Source: Lingula anatina | Lineage: Eukaryota; Animalia; Brachiopoda | Assembly: GCA_051362555.1 (NCBI GenBank) | Contig: CM120645.1 | Location: 6,262,001 to 6,326,000, forward strand | DNA: 64,000 nt | Direction of reading: 5' to 3' | Part shown: positions 39,601-64,000 of the stretch, piece after piece | Layout of the letters: the number at the start of each line of letters is the position of its first letter | Numbering within the stretch: the stretch's first letter is position 1 | Position numbers and translations under genes: made by a program | The notes under the pieces: generated by a model | The model's database searches: none | What the model was told of the DNA's origin: nothing | The model's input: the letters and a program-made list of their open reading frames with translations, nothing else

Positions 39601-42600
39601 TCAACACTACAGTGGGATACTCCTTGGTTCGGGTTGTCACGATTGTCACCATTGTTACACACGATATTCTGTGAGAAGACCGTTGTGGCATCTTAAACAA
39701 AATTAATACGTTATGCTTTAATTACAGTTCCAAAATCAATGACGTTATGCTTTAATTACAGAGCACCACCAAAATAGATTCTAAGCCCATTTTTTCACCT
39801 GTCCTGAAATCTTTATAATAATCCGCTAATGAATCATTTAGATATATCTAATAACTACCGATCCTACAACAGCGAAAACAATACCCCCTTCGGGAGGTGA
39901 TGATTTATTTAATGTTTCTCAATTATTCAATACGCTTTTTGATATTAAAATAATCTCCATTGGCAAAATGGCAGCTTTCGTTGAATAAAGTACAAAAAGG
40001 CCCCCTTCTTCGTAAAAAGAAAAGGTTATAAAGAGAATTTCGTCACCGCTGTTCGGTATTCTTTTTTTTTCGAAAAGGGTTGGAAAATCAATAAACTTTA
40101 TCAAAATATTTTGAAAGAAGGCAGTCAGTTGGAAACTCATTCAAAAGAAATTGAAAGACACAATGACAAAAATTCCTGACGTAAACATTTGGTTGCATTG
40201 CCATTCTTTGCAAAACCATTGTATAACAACAGCGCTTCCTGCTAGTTGCCTTTATTAAGATCTATTTCTGCCCCACTTGATAAGAACTATTTTTTCAAGT
40301 CCAAATACGCTGCATTGTGTTATTATGACACCGTTAACCTTACCCCTTCGTTTCAGTCTAAGCCACACGTTCCCACTCACGACACCGAGTACCATACTGC
40401 GAATGTAAGACGGCTTAGGCGGCGGTGAAGAAAAACTGTACGCACTCGTCCATTTCACTTTCATGTGGTTCCAACCTTGTCGTTTTACATAGACAATGGT
40501 TGCAGTTTGGCAGCGGCCAGTGGCCTGTAGTTGATCCTGATTATCAATACGGTCACTTAGAGTGGCCTCACAAGATGTGAACCTTGGAATCCGCGCGTTT
40601 GTGATCACTAAAACAGGAAAAAAGAAATGGCGTTTTTCAGCAAGGCTTAACCATTTCATAGATTTGTCAAAGATAAACTTTAGTGAACCTGTGACAAATA
40701 AGGAAAATTAAAATAAATAAGAGTGTTCTTCTCCAGCCCCTTTAGAGGTAGAACTTGATAAACAGCCTTCTATCTTCTATGACATTTCCTTTATCCACCT
40801 TTTACACGCACCCAAGAGAGAGAGAGAAGTTCTTGATTCAATACTTACTATTTGCACAATGAAATCCACCGAAACCGGGGACACACCTGCAGTCGTTCCC
40901 GGTGATACAAGTACCGGGATAGCAGGGAAACTTCCAAGAACACTGACCTATCAGGGAAAAGGCATGACTGATATCCATATTATATTTTCGTAATATTATT
41001 TAGCTATACATGTGCTAGAGCTGCTGTAATTTTCTGGTCAATGTATTTCAAAAGCAATTTATCAGTTTTACAAGGTAAATTTAACTTAGAAGATTAATTG
41101 AAATTATAAACATGCTCCACCCAAGGTCAGCGTTTTAAGGGGATTCGAGATGTTATAAAGGTCTACAAGTGCGAAGTAGCTGTTTTTCCGTTTCTTTTAT
41201 ATTGAAAACTCTTTCGATAAAAGCGCAATAAGGATCATCACTCGAAGTAAACACTCACTGTTCTGACAATGCGAGCCATAGTGTGTAGTAGGGCAGGTGC
41301 AAGTATCGGGGTTTACACAAGTTCCACCATTTTGACAACGGACAGTGCAAACAGCTGAAAAAATATATAATTTACCTATAGGCCTACTACACATAATTAT
41401 GTTATGAACATTCCCATTACACTTAAAGATACAGTAGATTGATTATTTGGAGCGAGAACACCATTGTAGAAATTTTTTCTTTTCAAGCCCAGAGTTTAGT
41501 CCATACTTTCTGTTCGTGTCAAACAATGTACACGTGTAAATGTTTTATTTTTAAAACATTAAAGCTATGCCATCAATTGTACATGCCAAAACAATTTGAT
41601 CAACAAGTCGAGTAGGAGGAGAGAACGGACAGCTGTCCTATTTTCTACCTTGTTGAACCAGTAGGCATATACATGTACTTACGGATAATACAAGCATTTG
41701 ACCAGTCAGAGGTCCAACCAGGGCAACACCTTTGACGATATACTGTGCGTGTTTGTGTCTGGTAAGTTGTTCTCGTGCACCTAGAAAACAGACCAACCCA
41801 GAAAAAAACATTGTTTTAACTCTCTATGTACTTCATTTACCTGGGCCAACTGTAACTCGACCATGTCTGTTAATTTTAATCCTTTAAATTGTTTAAAGTT
41901 TGGGTTATACACACCCTCTTAGTCTCTACCAGGGCCACAGATTGATTTTTCACTAGATATTCACAGATAATGCCTCTATTTTCATGACGGGACTTTTTTA
42001 GCATAGAAAGTGCACGTAATAAAATCAGCGATCCTGGTAGAGGGTAGGTTGTAGATGGAAAATCATCTCTATGTGATTGGCAATCCTCAAGTACATGTAG
42101 TTCATTAATTGTACAGCAAATACTGACCTATCCCACCAGCCACATCTGTAAGACTGATAATGTATATTGGCAAATGTCTCTACCACAGCATACCGGCACA
42201 CCTCTCCACTAAAACAAATCAAAACATTTACGAATTACAAGGGGTATTTTTGAGCATGTAGAAGAAAAAGACTTCGCTCTGCAGTTTTTGACAGTACCCG
42301 GAATTAAGCTGTGTTTTCAAGTCTATTACAATCGCATTAACATCGCATTGAGCATTTATACTTTCTTGGGAAAAACAGTTATGCGAGTAAAAATACAAAT
42401 TTGAGCAAGAAATATGATTTCATCGAATGAAATGGATGAAATGTGCCTTTCAGAACCAAAACGCATCAAGATGGAAAAAAGGAAGTTTTAACTCTCCAAA
42501 AATCCCTTGCACTTTTCCACTCCGTAAAAATAACTGCAAAAAGGCAGCCTAAGATAATTTTGTCAGTATCACTTTTAATATTATTCAAAACTTACGTGTA

Positions 42601-42675
42601 CGTTGTGGAAGTTAAGGACGGTACGATATATATCGCCAGAATTAGCAGGAGCGACAATTCGTGTCCCACACCCAT
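30670..42675 (-). CDS. Receptor tyrosine pseudokinase paralog 1 (1144 aa predicted): SP-EMI-like-EGF-2x[EGF+module]-TM-pseudokinase; 24 exons
   Basis: Exons 42675-42596, 42208-42128, 41780-41683, 41354-41259, 40947-40849, 40607-40344, 39691-39565, 39360-39147, 38396-38174, 37730-37692, 37429-37331, 37069-36803, 36546-36444, 36029-35825, 35143-34891, 34500-34411, 34153-33999, 33620-33419, 33127-33008, 32787-32627, 32214-32110, 31739-31622, 31279-31183, 30808-30670 sum to 3435 nt in one open frame. GCCGCCATGG Kozak. TK motifs LPTKWMALE and [13 protein letters not shown]; catalytic loop reads [13 protein letters not shown] and DFG reads GFG. Confidence 0.92.
31300..31477. mobile_element. Harbinger-like MITE in paralog 1 intron 22
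   Basis: TIR GCCGCATTCAGAACAGTGGACTAA ... TTAGTCCACTGTTCTAAATGCGGC; related fragment near 38478-38545. Confidence 0.75.
32436..32468 (-). pseudogene. Fossil 3' end of an earlier exon 20 within paralog 1 intron 20
   Basis: Reads GCA TCA GGG ATG GAA CAT CTT GAA AGC TGA ATG|GCAAT ([10 protein letters not shown]), the same length and register as the live exon end [11 protein letters not shown]|GTAAAT. Confidence 0.7.
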
Positions 42676-42910
42676 GGCGGCAACCAGGAAGTGAAGTGAA
42701 AAAATCTTGAACTCCAGCAGCAAATATCGATCAGTCCTTTTTTAATGACTACAAAGATTGCCTTTTATTCATAAGAAAAAAAACTTTGGTGGAGCTTGCG
42801 TATAGACTCGATTTCTAGACCAATGGAAACAACCAGGAAGTGAAATGGAAAAAAATGCGCGTCATCAAGTATTGTCCTTTTTATGACTACAACTACAAAG
42901 GTCGTAATTT
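42676..42910 (-). promoter_or_regulatory. Upstream region of paralog 1: about 150-bp-spaced direct duplication, each copy with an ETS core (AGGAAGTG)
   Basis: CAACCAGGAAGTGAA at about 42681 and 42830, each followed by GTCCTTTTT.ATGACTACAA; the second contains GGAAGTGAAA (ETS-IRF composite consensus GGAAnnGAAA). Confidence 0.5.
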
Positions 42911-42970
42911 GTATATAATAAAATAATTATAGTGAAACTAGCGTGTTAGCTAATGCAAACTGGGACGAAC

Positions 42971-43238
42971 ACTTACGGTAATTTCTCGATGCTTTTCAAT
43001 GGGGGAAAATTGTGACTTTTATAGATACTGTATTTTTCAGGTTATAATTTCTAAAAATCAGAAAATTTCTATTGATTGTTAGCAATAATATTGAATGGCA
43101 GGTTAGTCTATAGTTCTATTCTATGCAGTAAAAGCACCTCAAATGCTCTATTAAAATATAATTTTCTGATTATAAAATAACAATATCTTAAAGTTTGATA
43201 ATTTTTGCCCATTAAAAAGATCGAATCATTGTCGTATG
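42971..43238. mobile_element. MITE-like repeat, copy 2 of 15011-15260
   Basis: Shared ends and internal blocks (CAGTAAAAGCACC, AAAGTTTGATAATTTTTGCCCATT). Confidence 0.7.
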
Positions 43239-44789
43239 TCAGGCTGCGTAGATATTACTGAAAGACGTACAGCTCTCGTGCAGATTGACAGGCGCTGCAG
43301 GTTTTGTGCGCAAATAATTATTTGTACTCCATGTTTATCTACACCAAGCTGATGAATACCTTTTGCCTTTTATGTCTCTTCACAAAAATAACTGCTTCAC
43401 CTTTTGTGTTGATAGTTGTATGTGGATCATGAAAGATTTATATATTATGCGCCACTTCAAAAACGGTTTTCTGATTTTAGTCCTTGTTATTTATTTAGTT
43501 TTGAATGGAATTGTCCTACCCATTATTTGTTAAAAATACACCAAGGTTTATTAACTGCCAGCTGGTACAGAATACTGATTGAGCTCAAAGTGCTATTTAA
43601 GCTCAAAAAGGGAACAATGCAATGATTAAAAAAGATAGACCTCAGACTAGGCTGGGTTTGAGTCGCTTCTTAGCAAGGTATACATAAAATGCAAATCTTA
43701 TAAAAACTAAGGTGAGAGTGGGGGGGAAGGGGTTGGAGCGGGTGGGAATATGTTTTTTTTTATGTAATTTCAGTCACTGACTGAGAAGTACGAGGCAGTT
43801 GTGGTAGTGAAGTACCAAAAGCATGACAAACTGACCTTGAGCAATTGAAAATATACCTGTAAAGCAGACACAAAATGCTCTTCATTTAAAAAAAAACAAT
43901 TGAAAAAAAATGGAAACAAACAAATAAACAAATTGCTGAAGCACTTTACTGCAAAAAGGTAAATTGTTTTAATTGTAATAAGTTCAACTTTTATCTTAGA
44001 GTGATAATTACTGTCATAAGTTCATCAAAAATGTGAATTAATAAATTATAGATTATTATATATTTTTATTATCAAACCATTTGACACAAGATACTAGGAA
44101 CCATCAACTTATCAAAATTATGTCTACTTAAGCTTTTAAGCTAAAAATATATACAAACACACATTTTGAATTTGTTTTCCCTATAAACAGGTAGAATTAC
44201 TTATTTTGGGTTCCAAATCACATTCTTCATTTAAAATATTACATATTTTACTGCTGCATTTCTAATATCCAGTTATAGTAATTGACAATCAACCAAACAA
44301 AGTGGTGTATAATAACAAAACACATAAGCTTGAAAGCACCTAATTGCAATGGCAGTTATTGTTCATTTTCCATCCAGAATATGTATAGTTTCCATACAAC
44401 ATGCAAGTTATTGGTATATGCAATATGACTTAAGAGGCAGACCACTAAATTGCAATACTTCTGTAAAAAAGAATGAAGTCAGGAAGAAAACTACTACAAG
44501 TACTTTGACTTAAGTTACTTCGGATTACTGATCACTATTATCATTGTTCAAGAGCATGGTAAGGGGACAATACAGGTACATTTTCTGCATGAAAAGGTGG
44601 GGATAATATATATTGTATGCAAATACATTTTAAGCAGCAAAGGCAGCTACTTCAAGTCTTCTAATAAAATCGTTTTATCAGTGTCCAGTAATCAGTCCTT
44701 ATTTCAATCTCCAGAGAGTAATTAGTTCCTAATTCCATCTCCAACGAAAAGAACATGTCAAGGTGCAAGACACATGTTCACAGCTACTC

Positions 44790-58171
<13,382 letters not shown>

Positions 58172-58269
58172 ATACTTGGATACAATTTTCTGCGGAAAAA
58201 ACGAAGTCGGTTGTCGCGAATGTCAATATTGAATTTGCCGGAAAATACGCTTTCTGCGCATGCGTATTA

Positions 58270-59357
58270 CATCTAAACCCAATATAGAGAGGTGCATTTC
58301 ACATGTTGAAGTGTCAAAAAATAAAATTGAATGAATTCAAAGTTGTATTCAATTTTTAAAACATATATTTGTATAGAACAAAAATCCACGACTGTGTCAA
58401 TTTAAATTCAAATTTTAATTTTTACTAAATGTCTTTTACATTACGCAGAGAGTAACGTACATTCAAAAAAAAGTACGGTAACGTATGTTCCGGGTCAATT
58501 GATTTTAATTTTTATACCACGTTCCGCTATATTTTGTAGTGGTTCAGTCATGGTAAATTAGAATTGTAAAATAGAACAACGTACGTGTTCCCTAGAGAAA
58601 TTGTTACAATGTTTCATTTTGTTTAATTAAGTACTTGGTGTGCAGAAAAAAATGTTTTCTTTTGCTGACCGAAAAATATAATGTGATTCTATGATAGTTT
58701 GACATTTCTTATATAATATTTGGAGCACGAGGGCAAAAATAATTTATTTAATGCTTATTTTACTGTCGGTTGGGTGTTTTTCTCCCGTCTTTTTGATATT
58801 CAGTGACAAGCAAACTAAAGTAGCTCAAAGACAATTAATTGCTCTATACAGAAAATTATTATAATTTTTTAGGTTATACTTGTTAGAGATAAATCAAAGA
58901 ACAAAATCCAGTGATGACTGAATTTTTGAAGTGAGTGAAACGTTTCGTTTTGTGACAGTAACGTATGTTCCTTTTTGGGGATAGAAGTTGAATTATTATT
59001 TATTTATCATGGTTCCAGGAGAGTGAAACTTTGATGTAAACTTCTTCACGTAGGAACCTAAAATAATCAGACATAGTTTGCAATCTGTGCACTAAATCTT
59101 TTTAAGAGCATGGCTGTGACATACACCCCATTTCCATAGATTAGATCGACCTACTTTAGATATCGACCTAACTCCCTGGGGGTTCACGCTAAATAGCTGT
59201 CAGCCGGGCGGACACGCAAGTTAATTACCCCTTACAGCTTGTAGTAGGCGGGGACGGACACTTAAGGGGGATTATATGACAGTAATCTAGTGAGACTCCC
59301 CGCGGTGATAGATCGATCTAAACTTGTGGGAATAGACCCATATATTGGGTTTGGGTG
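58270..59357. mobile_element. Non-autonomous TIR element 'C' with a 4-bp TSD, nested in A and itself containing MITE D
   Basis: ATTA|CATCTAAACCCAATATA ... TATATTGGGTTTGGGTG|ATTA; the uninterrupted A sequence is GCGTATTATCGCC (reverse complement of about 21566-21578). Confidence 0.78.
59126..59339. mobile_element. MITE family D copy nested in element C
   Basis: Nearly identical to 53312-53524. Confidence 0.85.
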
Positions 59358-60807
59358 ATTATCGCCACGTGGAAATATGGCCGCTTTGCCGTCAAATTCA
59401 TCTCTAGGATTACTTTCAAATTACACAACAATTAAAGTCAAAGAGAAAGGGGGCTGTTGTTTTGGAGGGGGCGTCTCGATAGTCCGAAGGTTCATTGGTC
59501 CGAAGGTTCATTGGTCCGAAAAGTGGTAACATTTTCATCGATTTTTTAATCAAGGGTTCATTGGCCATTGATCTTGGGCATGGAGATAGCACCGTTTTAC
59601 AATTATACGAAAGGCTGGCAGCGGCCAGCGACTATCGCCGGGAAAATTTCAGTAGGCCACCCGACAGTTTGGCTGCTTCGTGTGAGTCGAAGTAGACAAA
59701 ATGGCATCGACTGAAATAATTACCTTAATAGATTTGGTAGTATTAATATTTTTTTTAAACATTTCTGTGAAGTGTGGCCTAACGCTTTAATATTCTGAGA
59801 GCATGGATAAAGATATATTGTTAGTTTGATACGTGTTTCTGTGGTAAATTTGTTTCCAGCTGTGTACTGACAGCATTCCTTTACTTCAGCAGATTTTTTA
59901 AAAACTTTTTTTCAACCTCTCGCGCCGATTTTGGGGTCCACAGAGGATGTCATCCATAAAATTTTAAAAAAGTGTGGCCTAACAATCGTAAGATGAGAAA
60001 AATAAAAAAAAAAAATAAATAACTTTCTCTAGTCGTTATTTAAAATATATTTGTTTTTCACGAAATTTTATTTCAACAAAATACATTTATAACGCAAAAA
60101 AGCTCCATGCAGGAACATGAAATTTCACCTGGCTATGTATCTTTGAATACTGCATGAGATACACACCCCTTAGGTGTGTGTTGCTGGCGAATTGTTTAGT
60201 AAATATACTCCACCAAAATGTTATTTTCAAAAATTGTGCAAATAGAGTTTGACGAAATTTGAGCAGGTCTTGACAATAAAGTTAAACAGTAAAAATCTTT
60301 ATTTTAGACATACAGTATGTAGGCTACAGTTAAAGTCTAAACATCAGTATCACATGAAGAATTGATCCACTGTTTATAATCTAGACTTGCTCAAACTTTG
60401 TAACTCCATTCACATGGCTTGTGGAAATAAAATTTCACCCACATTCATTAAAATGCAATTTCTGTCACTGGCTGAGTAGCACGAAGTAGTTGTGGTAGTG
60501 AAGTACCAAAAGCATGATAAACTAACCTAAAGCAATTGAAGTTTACCGGTAAAGCAGCCACAAAATGCTCTTCATAAAAATAAAACAAACAAACAAATTG
60601 CTGAAGCACTTTACTGCAAACAGGTAAATGGTCAATTTAATTGTAATATTTCAACTTTTATCTTTGAACTATAATTACTGTAATGCGTTCATCAAAAATG
60701 TGATTAAATAAGTTCTAGATTATTATATATTTGAAAAATCAAAACATTTGACACAAGATGCTACCATCAACTTATCAAAATTGTGTCTACCAAAGCTTTA
60801 AAGCCTA

Positions 60808-60812
<5 letters not shown>

Positions 60813-60871
<59 letters not shown>
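60813..60871. repeat. (TA)n microsatellite in the paralog 3 3' region
   Basis: Expanded relative to the short ATATATA at the homologous paralog 2 site (about 44147). Confidence 0.9.
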
Positions 60872-60872
<1 letters not shown>

Positions 60873-61544
60873 TTTCTGTCAGGTTATAACTTGATATAAC
60901 ACCTGTTTTGCCTCCAACACACACTGACACACATTTCAAATTTGTTTTCATTATATATCATTATATATCACATTCTTCATTTAAAATGTTACATATTTTA
61001 CTGCTGCATTTCTAATATCCAGTAATAGTAATTAACAATCAACCAAACGAAGTGGTGTATAGTAACAAAACACATAAGCGCCTAATTGCAATGGCAGTTA
61101 TTGTTCATTTTCCATCCAGAATATGTATAGTTTCCATACAACATGCAAGTTATGGGTATATGCAATATGACTTAAGAGGCATACCTCTACATTACAACAT
61201 TTCTGTAAAAAAGAATGAAGTCAGGAAGAAAACTACTACATGTACTTTGACTTAAGTTACTTTGGATTACTGATCACTATTATCACTGTTCAAGAGCATG
61301 TAGGGGGGGGGTAATACAAGTACATTTTCTGCATAAAAAGGTGAGGATATGTATATATTGTATGTAAATACATTTTAAGCAGTAAAGGCAGCTACTTTGA
61401 GTCTTCTAAAGACTGCAAATAAAATCGTTTTATCAGTGTCCAGTAATCAGTCCTTATTTCAATCTCCAAAGAGTAATAAGTTCTTAATTCCATCTCCAAC
61501 GAAAAGAACATGTCCAGGTGCAAGACACATGTTCACAGCTACTC

Positions 61545-64000
<2,456 letters not shown>

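Larger units (their letters stand above)
58199..59979. mobile_element. Second (inverted) copy of Harbinger-like element A, split by element C; left TIR lost
   Basis: 58199-58269 and 59358-59979 align to the reverse complement of element A without its nested insert; the right TIR ends GTGTGGCC|TAA. Confidence 0.82.

Overview
AT-rich, intron-rich animal genomic DNA. The gene and MITE style suggests a lophotrochozoan, probably a mollusc, but this is inference only. From left to right: the first coding exon of SLMAP (-); head-to-head with it, a complete 21-exon DENND6 (+); a CUB-like/TM/Cys-rich/PSAP-PPxY membrane protein gene (-); head-to-head with that, makorin-1 (+); then a tandem array of three paralogous receptor genes (-), two complete with 24 exons and one partial. 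The receptors read signal peptide - EMI-like - EGF - 2x[EGF + unclassified beta-rich module] - TM - tyrosine-kinase-like domain. In all three copies that domain lacks the alphaC Glu, the HRD Asp and the DFG Asp. Acidic (D/E)DxG[IM]YY motifs sit on both sides of it in the two complete copies and C-terminally in the partial one. This looks like an expanding receptor tyrosine PSEUDOkinase family with a variable head and is the best candidate for an undescribed system. Other notable features: four separate duplications spanning exon-end/5' splice-site junctions, a copy of DENND6 exon 6 inside a neighbouring gene's intron, an exon swap between receptor paralogs that left a fossil exon end, and nested MITEs, one of which supplies the sequence immediately upstream of a receptor start codon. 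All exon calls and alignments were made by eye; no database searches were run.
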